From: Octopus sinensis
Taxonomy: Eukaryota
Direction: 5' to 3'
DNA: 64,000 nt
Assembly: GCF_006345805.1 (NCBI RefSeq)
Contig: NC_042997.1
Span: 95,666,001 to 95,730,000 of the forward strand
The translations under genes were made by a program, and so were the position numbers. Position 1 is the first letter of the stretch. The number at the start of each line of letters is the position of its first letter. This document shows positions 29,176 to 46,949 of the stretch, piece after piece. The notes below the pieces were generated by a model. That model did not search any database. It was not told the DNA's origin and saw nothing but the letters and a program-made list of their open reading frames with translations.

Positions 29176-31643
29176 TAACCTACCCTCTGATCACTGACAT
29201 TTCCTTTCTGTGAACACACAAATGCATAAACACAAATACGCATACGTTCACCTACACATACATATGTACATGCATGAATACTCATACAAATATATTCATA
29301 TATACAATATATATACATACAAGTGTATATATATATTTATGTGTGTGTATATATATGTTGGGAGGTTGATATGTATTTATGTATGTATGTAGGTAGCTAG
29401 CCAGCTCGGTAGCTAGGGAGGGAGGTAGGTATATTCATGTGCAGACAATTGTGGTTCTGTTTACCCCTATCGATGTGCTTATGCTTAAGCGAGAATAAAT
29501 CTGCACATGCACAAAGTATAATTTATTTATGTACCAACTATAAAGTATAGTGTAACTAATAAAATTTTCCTAAAAGCAATAGCATTATTGGTTATATGCC
29601 CTGTATGATTACAGTATATATTTGGCTGTATGTGACTGAACAAGCTATATTTCTGAGTACAACTTAAGTACTACTTTCAATGAATACCTCGTGATTTTCC
29701 CTGTCTCGTAAAGATTTATTTGGCAGTAGCTATTTCAAGAAATGATGAGTCATTTCATTGTATGCACTACATAATGAACCTTTGGGCTTATACGATCTTA
29801 TGTAACTATTACTGAGCCTAATGTGTATGCGTTTACATAAAAGAAACATCTGTTATGATACTACACTTTCTCACGAAAAGAACGATTGCTGTGTAAGTAT
29901 TGTTAAATTTGCTGTCAACGCCTAAATACAAATTATATTGATTTCTACTATTGTTGCACAAAGGCATAGCATAATTGTATAAGCGACTGTAACGATCCCA
30001 GCACAAAGCAAGTTACTTATTTTGTTAACACCGATTAGCAGCTAAGAGATAAGTAGTTAAATTTGGCTTCTTTAAAGCATGCTATATTCCTCTGCATTGC
30101 ATATATTATGAGTAATCCAAACGTTTTCATAAATATTGCAAGAAAATAATCACAAACTTGTTATAATGCAAGTATGCTTGAGTCATATTCGAACCCTTAA
30201 CAAAGCGATTCACCGTATTTTGTCATGGAGGACATTTCTTGCTGTAGACAAACTGGTGTAAATACAATAGGTGTAATGTCAATTCACAACACTCTGTAAC
30301 GAGACAGTTGGATGCATTTATTTTTGAGTGGTTGTCTCCTCTTCAGAAACAGAGATCCGAAAGGCAGACGCTGCGATTTGAAATGGTAACAAGTTTGTGT
30401 TTATAAACATCAATGATTAGCGCTGTCACCTCGTACACAAGAGTCAACGACAAAAAAGGAATTCGAAGATTGCAAAATACCCGTTCGATGAAGACAATAT
30501 TAGCACAGATGAAATTTTAGCTCGACTATGTAGGTGGATGAAGCTGCATATCGTATAACCATTATTTGGAACTCTTACATTTCATTCTATTCAGAATTTT
30601 ATAGTAGTCAGATAACACTATTATCAGTATTCTCGGCAGAACACGTGTCCCAAAACGGTCTCGACAACAGCTTCTTTAAAAATTAAAAACCATAATCACT
30701 AAGGAAACTTGAGCGGTAATACAGCTTTGTACAATTTAAGTAGACCCTGTGGTTAGAAGACCCTATCTTTCAAATTCGAGAATATTCAGAAATTCTTTAT
30801 CAAACATTTTCCTTAGTGGTCTTTAAAATGCAAAACAAAATAAGGCTTTTAAAGAAGTATTAATTGTATACATATATACTCAGGCTATTTGAAATTACGA
30901 ACAATATTCAACAATCTGCTATGGAGATAATATTTTAGAGCCCTTGCTTTCAGTACTGACATTCCTCTACCAATCCATCTGACGTCAGCATACAGTAATA
31001 TACTTATTTAACGACAAGAGACGGAATATATAACTGTGTTGTACGGGAAGTTATATAATTGTCATTATTTCAATATTGAAATCAACACCACATTTCTTTA
31101 TGTTTTTGTTTTTGGGTTTTTAAAAAAATTCTGCTTTATTTATTTATTTATTGCTTTTGGCAAATTATTATTACATTTGAAAATGAGACAAAAACAAATT
31201 CATCACCATAAATATGGGATACTCTATATTCTCTGCTCAAATTCAAGCTGCTAAACAACGCAGCATAAGTACATTACCAGACGCACTAATATTAACTGCG
31301 TATATAACCATGCACGAAATACATAGAGGAAAGATAAGTAATTAAATACTCACTTTATTACGAATGGATTTCATCAGAAAATTCCCATCTCGGTTACGTG
31401 GCCGGCTAGAAATAGAACCCAAATCAATCTAACATTGCATCTAACACAAGAAATAATTTTGTCTAAGGCAAACAGAACTCTTTCTGAAAAGATGGGTTTG
31501 TCACAGCTGGAAGGTTGATGACCATCTATTTCTAGGAATAGGCAAATCATGGGCTGCACAAAAACGTATGTAACTGCAATGATAAAGGAATCACAGCCTT
31601 TTACAGATTATATTTTAAAGTTTGAAAGAAAAATAAGAGTGAT

Positions 31644-31860
31644 ATCTCTATATATATATAAAACTGAGAATGTGTGTCTGTCTGTCTGTCTGTCTGTCTG
31701 TTTCCCTAAAACTTGAGAACTACACAATCAATTTCATTCAAATTTTACACATGCCTTACTTAGGGTCCATGTAGTGTCATGGGCAAAAAACATGTCTAAC
31801 TTTTTGCCTAGGGCGAGCCCACAGCAATATCATATATTCTCCACTATTTCATGTTTTGCC
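31644..31860 (+). mobile_element. Helitron-type non-autonomous element, 5' end
   Basis: TCtctatatatatataaaactgagaatgtgtg(tctg)n...aatcaatttcattcaaattttacaca: TC start, AT run and (GTCT)n signature. The 3' end was not located. Confidence 0.65.
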
Positions 31861-34800
31861 AAAAAATTCCCACCTCAGTCATCTTTGCCATAGGCACAAG
31901 TTATATACTGTTGACTTAATTGAGTATGTCCCTTCTCTACAGTTATTGGTATGAAGAATTACTTAAAATATTCACATTTCAATCAATATTTTACGCAACA
32001 CATTGTCAACAACCGTTAAATAATTCCATTTCAATTTATTCATTAAATTTTTCTCCCTGATGGTTTGCAAACATCACATATCCATTAACATTTATAACTT
32101 CTTCTTTAGACTTCTTGTGACCTCGCATGTTGATTGTTCAAATAAAGATAATTCAAGCTTTTGACCAATTATGCTGGTCAGCTGGATAATGGGATGGAAG
32201 CATTGAAGAATAACAATACAACATGACTGCTAATTAACACAAATTTACATTTTAAAGAAACATTGTGTTTTTGTAATCCAAATTATATCTCAAATGGTCT
32301 TCTGCCAATCTCACGAAAGAATTGTCTCTGAAGTAGAAGCTATAGAAGTTAACAATTTCTTTAAATATATATCTGCATAATTCTTGTCTTTTAAGTGGCA
32401 AAATACAATATAAACGTGATATTTTGCTTTCATACACCGGAACATGTTATTATCGATGTTGTGTTTGTGGTTACTTGCATAAATACGTTATTTATGCAGC
32501 TAAAGTTTAAAATTCAATCACGAAATCATAATCATATTTTAATCAAGAATGATCATGAGGTAGCAACAATAACTTGTTTTAAAACAATTATCTAAATGCA
32601 TGAGTTTCGTATGTGAAAATGTTTGCCATTATCAAGACATTCTACAATGTTTATTTTACAAACGAAATTTCGCAATTACTTTTTTAACTATTGAATGTAT
32701 GGATTCGTTTTATTTTAAACATCCTTCGAATTATTAGCAAAACCACGTTGAAAAACACAATTAAAAATAATCGACCGTCATTATATTGAAAGAAAGGTTT
32801 TAGCATCGACTCCGAAGAAAACATAATGTTTGATGAAGGAACTGATGCTATCGCTTATTATTTGTATACTTACACCTATTTCCTATTCACTTCTCAAAAC
32901 ACAACGAAAACGTTAGGATATTTGTCAGTATACATAGTCTTTTCTTATTTCCTTTATACCCTACCTTTCAACAATCATTTGTATTTATATTCCTCCCGCA
33001 TACAATTGTAGAAAAACCTGATAAAATCATATTACTAACAACAAATATCGACTGTTCACTCATTGCTGAAGTTTGTGCTTTAACCAATGGAACCTATTTG
33101 AAGCTTAAAAATTGGATTCCCAATCTTTATTTTGTAACCACATGAGTTACATAACTCTGCATGAATTTATACCAATTAATAGAAGAAACGCATACGATCT
33201 TCAAATTGGTAGAAACCACTGATGGCGTATACCGACACCAAATACAGGAATTTTAGATCCAACGATCCCCCTATCACTATACTGTACTATACTGTCCCAG
33301 TTTCACTAGTTCTAGCCCATATTTCTGTGTCACTGACTTTCTAGTAAGTTATTCGACATCTGCAATTCGCTATCCCCTACAACATTCTCGTTCTCATATA
33401 TGACAGGTCATCCGCTCTCAGCTTTTCTTTTTCTGAACTTCCGCTTTCCTCATTTGAAGGCGACTGAAACTTTATCTAGAACTTCGTTTCCTATAAACGG
33501 TTATCCTTGCCCCTTACTGCTCTTGTCACTATAATTTACGAAACTGGCCGGCGCTTGGCGTACTTCTCTATGGCAGAACAGTCAAATGTCTATAAATTTG
33601 TGATTGCTAATTCACTTATTCAGAAATATCATTCTGTTTTGTCTTTAGGATATATTAACACCATGTTTTGAACCCCCTTTTAATAGACAGCATTGTATAC
33701 AATTTTGATCATATAAACTCCCAACATCATGAACAGCAGACTCAATTTTCTCTATCTCCCCTGAGTCATAAAATGGCATAAATCAAATAGCCGGGCTCTC
33801 TTAGTGGTACGCGCATACCCTTGCGGTATGGGTTCAGACACTACATGTTTTTGTAGATTAACAGACACATAGATCGACGGTGATATTCTCTAATAATCAT
33901 GTAGTGCATGACCGATATTTGAACAAACCATCCACCTTCAATTATTTAGCCAAGAATCCACTCTCTAACAAATTCCAAACTTCCGGCATCTATTACTACA
34001 ACTACTTTCGGATACTGCAACAGGAGGAAGTTTCTCTTCTTTTTCTCGACATTTTGTTCGAAATACTTGGCCAGCTCCCTTATTAAAGTTATCTATATTT
34101 ACTTTATCGCATTTCACTACTAGAAATGTAACCGTTTCAATGTAGACATCATGTTGAAACCTTGTTTCTAAAGAGTAGTTAAATGCGTTTCGATATTTAA
34201 GAAACATCCCACTAGCTAGCAACTAAATGACGATATGATTTTAAAATTTAAATATATTAGAGATCCAAGAGTGCAATGTCGAGTAAGTATCACATCGCTC
34301 ACTTGGATATTGATTATGTCGATACGAAAACCTCCCTGCAGTTCGGAGTTGCGAAACATACATAATTTGGCATGTTTTCATCTAGATAGATTACACGTTG
34401 CAAATTTATCTGCCATTAATGATATATGGACTGTAGATGATTCGGCCAAATCTAAACTCCTGCTAGCATTTATAACATTACTTTTAAAAACAGTTAAAAT
34501 ATACCCATATGATAAAATGTATAAAAATATACGAAGCTTATAAAAGATATTTTCATAATCCACTCTGAAATCATACAGCGAAAGGAATGCCTGGTATTTT
34601 AATAATTCCATTTCGAATTGCTAAAAATAATTTATAAAAATGTTTAAAATGAATAATCTAGAAATTTTTGTCGCACTCTTTTAATACAATATTTCTTAGC
34701 AATAACAAAACGCCTACTCACTGTCTCGAAATGTCATGATGATATATCTCCGTACTACACGTTAATTTAATAAAACATAGATGCAGTGCATGTCATATAT

Positions 34801-35739
34801 TATTCTCCTTGAATTCATTTACATCGATGTTTGCATGCATTTCGTATTATTTTCACCGCATTGACATTGATTATAAACAAGTCTGATCGAAATACCGAAG
34901 GAAAATATATTTATTTCACTTCACATTATAAAATAAGAATTATATGAATATGGAAAGATGAAAAATACCGATTGTTTAAATACTCACGAAAACACAAAAT
35001 GCTGTCATTTGCATCTCTTTCAACAAATGGGAAAGCATCTATAATTAGTTTTGCATGATATTAGAAAAGGAAGCGGATTACTGTATATATCAAATATTGT
35101 GACTAATGTTTTATTAACATATATTTTGTAATTAGTCAGGAAAGGCAGCAGTTCTAAGTCGCCGAGCAATAGGAAAGTGTTCATTGAATAGCCTATGGAT
35201 GAGTCACAGTTACTAGGAGGTAACAGGATAGTTACACATCAGGTAATCCAATTAACTTGCTTCATCAAAGAATTTGAAGCTGGTGTAATAAAAACAAAGG
35301 CTGAGATGTTAGGGAATGAGGAGGGTCGCATTAATAGAAGTAAATTACTGATCAAAAACTTAACCCCTTTTTGTACAGTCCTGAATAACTCATTTTGTTG
35401 TTGAGTATTTTTAAATATTTTATTATAGCTTGCTCTAAAAAAATTATTTTGCCTATATCAATTAAATTATCTTTAGTAACGAAGAGATCTGGGCAGTTAA
35501 TGCTCAAAACCGATACAAATCGTGGACTGCAAGAAAACCATGGAGAGGGAAGGATTTCTAGAAAGTCGATGTTCTGACGAATGAGAATTTGTTGCAGTTA
35601 TTTATGCATGCATTCAACGCAACATCTCTTACATTCCTATTTTCAGATCTTTATATTTTTCCTTTCCCAAATATTTGCTTTTTTATTCAAGAAATACATT
35701 TTTCCGAGTGACACTTCGTTCACAAAAACAACATGTTCT

Positions 35740-36640
35740 GGAAAATACATGTCGTAAGCCTTTTTGAAGTCTGTCCAGGTCATGCATGAGTTTCTTTGAT
35801 ACCGTTTACAGTTCTTCATTATAACCTTGTCTGTCACAAGATGATCCTTGGTGCCCTTGGATTTTTTCGGCATCCCTTTCGTTCCACGGAAAACGTGTAT
35901 ATTTTCCATACGAGGGTATCTGTTAATACTTTCCGTAGGAGGTTAACACCAGCAATGAGTTGGTAATTGCCAGCGTCGTTGCCCTTTGACCGATATTTCA
36001 TCAATAATGTTGTTCTTCCCTCTACCATCCACTCCGGAACTGTACCGCTCTGTTGGAAATTGTCTAATTGCGATGCAATTCTCTTGTGTATTGACCTTAA
36101 CCACTTGAGGCAGTAGCCTTGAATTTCGTCAGGTCCTACCGCTTTCCTGATTTAACAGTTTTATTTCTGTGCAATGACATCTTCCGTTGTTATGCGCACA
36201 TGGTCATATAGTAGAACCTCCGAGTGATGGAGTTTTGATCTCACGGAATGAATCAACTCAACACTGTGGTTATGCGAAACATTTTGCCCACAGATATTAT
36301 TCCAAAATTGGCGGGTTTCGTCTGTTTCAGGGGATTATTATCTTCTTTATTTTACTTTTAAGCCATTAAAAAGCTGTCGGTGGTTCTTTGAGAATAACTA
36401 GTTTTGCTTGAATTGCGATATGCGATCAGTGTATCGCTGCACCTTTAATGTTTTAGCCGTCACAGGTGTTTTTTTAGGGTTTAGATGACAGTTTTGAACC
36501 CTTTCTTTTCTATTCAGTACTTTGCACCAAAATATAACCTTGCGCTTATTGATGCTGTTGTTGTTGTTATCTATTGTCTTTGAACAGCTTCTAACGCTGG
36601 AGATGTACTACGGTTTCAGCTATTCCCTACCTGTCAACTA
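35740..36640 (-). mobile_element. R4/Dong-type LINE remnant (N-terminal RT region)
   Basis: KAVGPDEIQGYCLKWL; VPEWMVEGRTTLLMK...GNDAGNY; KGTKDHLVTDKVIMKNCKR...WTDFKKAYDM. Confidence 0.88.
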
Positions 36641-36644
36641 AGGT

Positions 36645-36657
36645 ATTATTATTATTA

Positions 36658-36713
<56 letters not shown>

Positions 36714-36750
36714 TCTTTCTTTCTTTCTTTCTTTCTTTATTTATTTATTT
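36645..36750. repeat. (TTA)n-(TTTC)n-(TTTA)n microsatellite
   Basis: Directly visible. Confidence 0.95.
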
Positions 36751-36751
36751 T

Positions 36752-37460
36752 TCAAATACACTCGATATATTAAACTGTTGGAAAAGAAAAGAATCCTAAA
36801 ATCAGTCTACAACAAGTAGCCTTAAATGCCAATAACCCTCCCATTGGATTACAGCAAGTAACCTTAGATGCAAAGAAGCCTCGTAAGTATTCTAGCTCTC
36901 CCTAACAACACTGGTTTCTGGAGCTATACTAAACTAGGTTTTATGTCTATTTTCTCTATCTGTTCAGATTTTTAGGAATATTTCCTAAGGCACCTATAAC
37001 TACTGAGATACATTTTACGCGCACTATCGATAGACTCTGTAATTCAAAAGCTAGTTCCTGATATTTTGCTATTTTTTCTATACCTTTCATATCAATTTTT
37101 CATCATTTGGGACTATAAAGTCAGTTATCTGGCACTTTTTATTCTCTTTATCTATTGCTATCTAATCAGGCCTTTTAGCGTCTATTACTCTGTCAGTGTG
37201 AATGTTAAAGTCCCACATCTTGTATTTCTTGCTGTCTAGCTTTCCAGCGGGGTCAACATGATCAATGGTTTCATTTTGTTCTTTACAGGCACAACATGTT
37301 GGATTACTGTCGTTCTTTAATATGTTGGCCTGGCAGCTCCTTGTAGGTAGGCATCGACCTTGGGCTGCTGTGATAAACGCTTATGTCTCTGATTTTAAAC
37401 CAGAAGATACTAACCATTAATGGATAGTTTCATGAAAGACTTGGATTTCAAGCGGTAATG
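36752..37460 (-). mobile_element. R4/Dong-type LINE 3' end (REL nuclease plus UTR)
   Basis: Minus strand: WDFNIHTDRVIDAKRPD*IAIDKENKKCQITDFIVPND...EKIAKYQELAFEL...ISVVIGALG. It ends at the (TAAA)/(TAA)n tract. Confidence 0.85.
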
Positions 37461-39494
37461 CTTGAAAATGTTGCCCTTGGAATATTTTTACAGAAAAATT
37501 ACAACGTAAGATTTCAGTCTCAGCTGTGTTAACCAATGGATGGGAAATATGTCCTGTCTTTCAGCCTTTTCTGTACTGCGTATCGTAGCTATTTGGTTTC
37601 TGCATTTCGGATGTTGCCAACATTTACTTCGATGTGCCATCTTAGCATCAATCACAGGACTTAGTAGGGCGTTTATGAACACAAACAGTTTTAAGACGAT
37701 AAATATGTAAAAAAAAAAGGAAGATATTAAACCGAAACAGCAAATTTCAAATTTCCAATGCTTCAAAAACGAAAACCTATGCTACAGACACATGAATGAT
37801 TGGAAACGTCAGACAAGTGGCAATAAAAATGTGTGCGTTCTTGATCGATTAATACATAGAGGGACTGTGAAGAATGATGTCAACATGAATCTGTATAATG
37901 ACAAATGAATAATATTTGGTTGACCTCCCGCTTGATATATACAAGGATATTTACTCTTTTTGTCTGATTAGAACTGAGGAATATAAACTTTTAAACTAAA
38001 AGCTAGATAAAGAAGCAAGCTGAATTGGAAACTTCCAGCTCTTCGCGTACAATATTTCAGAGAGTAGGGAAGCAAACAATAAAAGATGAACCACAAAAAT
38101 ACAACCGATAAAACTGAAAAAGAGCACAATCTCCTCCACATGTCAAAACATTTTACACGCTTTACTATAAAAACTGAAGAACTGTTTAGAGGCAAAATAA
38201 CTTACGCCATTATTACGAGAGTTATACAATGTATGTGTGTGAAGAGATGGACACCAACTACATAAAACCTGCGTAAAACAGAAAAGTAATATAAAATAAA
38301 ACTCTTAACAAATACCTTTACGTAAGTGTACTAAATTTTTACTCTCCCCGGCCAAAAACTCATTCGAGAAGACATTGAGACTGAGTACTTTCGACTATTG
38401 CAATTATATTATGTATGATGAGACGTATGTCGAGGCTAAATATGAGGTCGATTGCTGTTTCATGTGCGGAGATATTTTACTCAGCTGGTTGTATATTTCT
38501 TGAAGCTACAACTATGTAATGATATATTAGCTTTACATATCCATTCAATAACTTTTGTAATTATTGTGAGTGTTCCTTTTATTAATTTTAGCATGTCATT
38601 CTTTTGATAAATATTTTTTGTGTATTCTCACAAGTTTTCAATTACTTTGTATGGAATTAATTATTAGTGTACATAGCACTTCATGGCAAAATAAATTACT
38701 ATGGTTATGGTATACGAAATATAAACTTCATCATTAAGAGTCTACGCATTTGATATATAAATATGAATAGTATTAGGACAGGACAAGCACTTCTAGTATT
38801 TCACTTTTGAACGGTACAACAGAAAGATATTGGGTTGCCAAGGGCATTCATAATGGTATCTGGAACGTTAGCAGTTCGAAAGCACTAAAGTTCGAAACTG
38901 AACTTCAGTCTTTCCTGTGCTCCATCCTACACTACCATGTTTTTAACATCAAATTATTCTTAATGTAGAGTTATACAGCGTATTCCCAATTGCCTTTAAT
39001 CCCAACTACTTGATCATCTATTATTATCAACAGAATTTCGAAGAATACGTCCATTATTAGTTTTGGTTTCGCCTACCGAGAATTAGCTTGATATCTCCAT
39101 TGAATGCTTGAAAGAAGAAGTCATTAGATTCCTCAGTTTTTATTTTAATTTATTTCATTATATTTTCTATTTTTACCACTATATGTCCCGTGCGCCTCTT
39201 TATGATATCTTCCAGTCATGAAATATTATGATCACATTATTCAGGAACTTGGTTTTGATATTGCTTTTTAAAAAAATGTGGTTTAATTCAAAGATAATAC
39301 ATGCTCAATGTTATATGTGGTGTGTATGTATTTGTGTGAGTGTGTGTGGGCGTGCTTGCGGGCGTTTATGTGTGTGTATTTGTGTGTGTTACACATACAC
39401 TTATAAAAAATAGATATATAGATACACAAATATCAGACAGACACTTAAATAGATAAATTCGTAAACAGACGGACGGACAAACTGACAGACAGTC

Positions 39495-39581
<87 letters not shown>
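39495..39581. repeat. (GATA)n microsatellite
   Basis: Directly visible. Confidence 0.97.
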
Positions 39582-39709
39582 CAGTTATAAACATATACAT
39601 TCTTTTTATTCAAGTCAACGTACTCATCTCTATATCTATTCGTGTACGCACTTAGTTATATGTATATTTCTGTGTGTGCATGCAAGTACATAAATATATG
39701 TGCATATAC

Positions 39710-39752
<43 letters not shown>

Positions 39753-42700
39753 ATATATATATAATTATACATATATATATAATTATACATAACACGCACG
39801 CAAAGGTGCGTAGAAGGCTAGAGCTTATACACATTTATATATGTGCCTGCGTGAATGTGTTTGTACGATTTTTAATATATCTGCAAGAGTATTCCGTGTA
39901 TCTCATTTCCTCTCCTCTGAGTGTATATGTGTATGTGGGGGGGGGCGTGTGTGAATCTGCAAACATGTGTGTGTGCGTATCTGTGTCTGTCAGACTGTGT
40001 GTCTGTATGTTTGTCCGATGTGTGTTGTGTGTGTGTGTTAGTGCGATGTGTGTTGAGGGTGTGTATGTAAGTATGTATGTGTATAAGTATGTATGTATAT
40101 ATATGTGTGTACAAAAACTCGTAATATGTATATGAAATTATTCTCATTTACAGATTTCTATCTTCACAAAATTGAAGTATATTGAATCGACATTTAGCTG
40201 AAATAAACGATGTGATCACGATAATTTAATTAAGGCACTTCTCCAAAACATACAGTTAACCAATGATGAACTGAATGGGCGATATTTTTACGGAAAAAAT
40301 GTAATTATGTAAAATAAAACAAATTTTGAAAGAGAGTGAAAAGATATTTAAAAAACAAATTAGCATGAAGAATATAATAAAATGAGAAATATGAGAAATA
40401 CTAAAATAGCAGCAAAAAGTAGCACTGAAAATTACATACAAGTGGCAGACAGAATTATATTTAGAAAAGAACGAAAAAGAAGGTAATTGGAAATTAAGAT
40501 GGAAAACGTTAGTGGAGGTATCTCATAAGCGATGGGAAACACAACTATCATAGAAAAAGGAAACAAAAATGAAAAGGAATATATACAAAATTCAAAATCG
40601 GTAAAGTGGAGCAAAGACGTAAAAATAACAGTACTTAATAATATTGATAAGGTAATAGTATAGTCTTGTATCAATTTAAATGGTGTCAAAATATGGTGTT
40701 TAACACCTCTCAAATATGATACAAAATAACTTGTCTCTTCTTGAGCAAGGAAAGACTATTATTAGGCTCTTCATAACTCATCAAAATGAACTCTTTATAT
40801 TATTCTGACGTTGCATCTTGGCAGGTGATAAAAGGACTGTAGAAATATAAACATGATGTTATAATTTTTGAAAAATATTTTTATTTAATTTTCCTTTTTG
40901 TTCATATTGATTAACTTGAAAACTAGTCATTTTTGAATGATATTGTAAATTTTATTCTTATCAATATACTGCTAGATATCTTACTTCAACGAGTATATTT
41001 TATAAATTATTCTTTAGAGAGCAAGTTCAGATATTAAAACGTTCGCAGCTATTTATAAACCTATGGTTTATAAATGGCATATGTATCAATAATTTACAAG
41101 TTAAATTGCATTACAAGTAAGCGTATATCTTACACGCTTAATACTTTGATTCTGTTATATTTGATTGGAAATCTACTTTTTGCTCAATTTTCAATTCGTG
41201 TATCCATTGTAATACATAATGGGGTTTTTCCCAGCTGTTATAGTATGGAAATATGTAAGTGTTCGTACTGTACTATGAGGTTATATTTTACTACAATACG
41301 ATGTATAATGGTTACTAGTACTTGCAAAAGCCCAATATTTGATTACTTAATCAAGATATAATTTTTGGCCAAATGATTATAAAATGCAAGATCGATTATA
41401 TGTCTGAAACTCAAAACTATGTCCAATTTTTACCAAAAGAGTGTACTTCTGTAATACCATCTGGTAAGTCCTTAGAATGATTTCTTCCACATATACACAT
41501 GAAATCATCAGGAAATGACTGATATATTAGATATATGTTTCTAATTTAAGCATAAGCCACCACGATTTTGTTGGTTCCCTTAGACAATTAAATTGACTCT
41601 AGTAATGTACTAGTACATTAATGTATTGGGTCGGTAGGGTTATATGGCAAACTACACCTTGGAGATACGTGAACGTAGAAGGCGAAGGAGCCACAATGAT
41701 AATAGAAGGCACTTTTCCGACGTTGCAACTTTTCTACTAATTCATTCCTCTTTTTGCCAAGTGACCCCTTTTTAGCCTAACCGCTACCTCATTATTATTC
41801 ATAGTTTACATTAAAGGGAAATAATCAATGACACCTAACTTCTACATAAATAAGAAAATTACACTCTGCTTCTTCATATCTACAATGTTTGAAATTATAT
41901 TTTAGGTACAAAATTTCCGAGTACCCTCTAGGCTTTCCCTTTCAAATACATTATTAATTTCTATGTGTAAAGGTTATGGTACCTCTCTGTGTTGTGTTCG
42001 AAAAGAAGCTTTAGAAAACCGAATGGATACAAGAGATAGTGATTGCCGTGGAATGCTGTAACGTGTCAAATTAAATACTCCGGACCTTATTCAATGTATT
42101 TTCAGGCTAGTAATCTCGTTGTCTGTAACATAAGATTAGATGCCGAGTAATATCTAAAGGAATATTTATTACGTCTTATCGTTCAATTCCTGTGCATATA
42201 TCAAAACATTTCCGTTTGAATATAAACTTGAGAAACATAATTACAGACCATCATCTATAGATATGACAAATGTAGTTAGTTTCTTAAACCAAGGAAACAA
42301 ACTTGAACATCCTACTCTAGTTCTATTCAGAATGCCATAGTGGATTTTAATTGGTTGTATGCAGTAAACAGGTGTCATCTGCAGATCTTATTAAACCAAA
42401 CAGCATACGTTTATGAGATGCAAATCTTATTTATTATAGAAAATTTCGGGTTTCATTAATTTCGCTCCTAATCGTTTACAAAGGAGTATGTGCTTAATTT
42501 CATTTCTTTTCATGGTTACAAATAGAGTTTAAGACCAGAGTTTCAATGAGCAAATGCTCGAAAACTTTGGAGCATCTTTTATCTTCATGATGTTTCTTTA
42601 TTTATGAAATAGTCACATTTTCACATATATAGAGTGAATATATTTAATCAAAATACTGCTCAGTATGTCTGAATGATATCTTCTTTCCTACATTTGTGAA

Positions 42701-44325
42701 ACTACGTATTTTCCGTAATTTTGCATGTAAGTATTCATGGGAATGCATGATAGAGTAATATACTCATCGAAATAATGAAATCAATGCCCTAAGTTATATT
42801 AAAACTTGTTTTGTTAAACACTAAGTCCTGCTCCTGTCAAATGTAAAGCTAAAATGTACGATAGCATTTTTGAAATTATTGCAGCAACAATAATTTTGGA
42901 CTGGTATGCGCATTTCCTTTAATTCTTCAAACGTTGTATACGAGCAATATTGCCTCCGGCTAAATAACCATAACAACATCTTTGATGAAGTAATCGTGCC
43001 AACCGTACCATAAAATGAAAAATATGAAACGTCAGAAACCATTTCTTTCAATTCAGTGCTTTTTCCTTTAAACCGGTATAATTGTTATATATTAGATTTA
43101 CAATCAATTAAAGACTAACGTAAAATTCCTTTTGAAAAAGTGTAAAAAGACGACCATGATTCTGCTTGAAAATATAATTTATATAATTGGCCCTTGGTTA
43201 GGGCATAATATTCGCTGAACATTATTCTAGGCTTTACGTCAAAATTTTTTTTCTTAATAAATCAATACTGTCATTTAACTTATAGAAATTGCATAACCAA
43301 AAAAGAAAAACATTATTACATTATTTCTGCATCACAGATTCCAATATTTTAGCTTACTTTTTAAATGCGCAACTTGCAGTTCTTCTGAGGAATCATGCAA
43401 ATTATTTTTTAAAAATTTGATAAGTGTTTGCTATTAAATATTTCTTATTCATATTTTTGAGAGACTTCTACTGCTTAATTTTGCATTTGTTGTTATATCA
43501 ATTTACATTTATATAGAATTTGTTTTTAAGTATTCTTTTCTTTCGTAATAATTCAATGCAGATAATTTTCAGACAATGAATCATTGACATAAATAATTTT
43601 TCATTCCACAATAGTCTTCGTTTCTCAACATGTCAATAGAAAATGATGCAGTCATTTTTCATTTTTTTAAAGGAAAGTGTTTAGTGTATTTTTCTTATAT
43701 TACAGTGCCAAAATAAGATTCATTTCCATTTTTACTTATAGTAACGTTTACATTTCACTTAACTATTTTGTTCTTGGAAGTAGTTGTATTACACAATTTA
43801 CTGTTTACTGATTGAGACTATTCTTATTGCTTTGTGAAGAAGAACAGGTGTAAGAGTCTCTGTAAGTTACCATTGTTTCTTAATATGGTATAAGATCTAT
43901 ATTTAGGGGTAATACTATTTTCACAATAGAAAAAGAGAGTTTCATAATATATTTCACGCCCGTCCATATAAGAGTTCACAACGAATATAACTAATATACT
44001 AATGTCGTTCAAACGATTATAAATCATTTACAACGGAAACGGTGTATGACTTTCAAAGAATTTCCCTAATTCATTAATTCGCATCGTTCATGATTGATAG
44101 GATTCGAATTCCTATGTTGTCTTACCTCATCCTTATAATAGCCTTAAAATAAATATCAATTATTTAGAGATTCGAACCAATTTACTGCGTTCTGCTTCTG
44201 TAAACTTGACATTATAGCCATGCATCAAAATATACAAATACCCTCATGTCTAACTCCTCGGATTAAAAGCGTGTTTATAGAAGTCAATTGGTCTTCTTGT
44301 TCTTGTTCTTGTTCTTGTTCTTCTT

Positions 44326-46190
<1,865 letters not shown>

Positions 46191-46194
46191 ACAC

Positions 46195-46946
<752 letters not shown>

Positions 46947-46949
46947 CTG

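Noticed and set aside
30347-30385. 39-bp possible micro-exon (cttcag|KQRSERQTLRFEM|gtaaca)
   Set aside because: Weak donor and no supporting exons or homology; expected by chance in 64 kb.
41475-41515. Minus-strand CTGATGA...GAAA (similar strings at 26440-26460, 47739 and 49541)
   Set aside because: Helix I/III pairing and the cleavage triplet are missing; chance matches.
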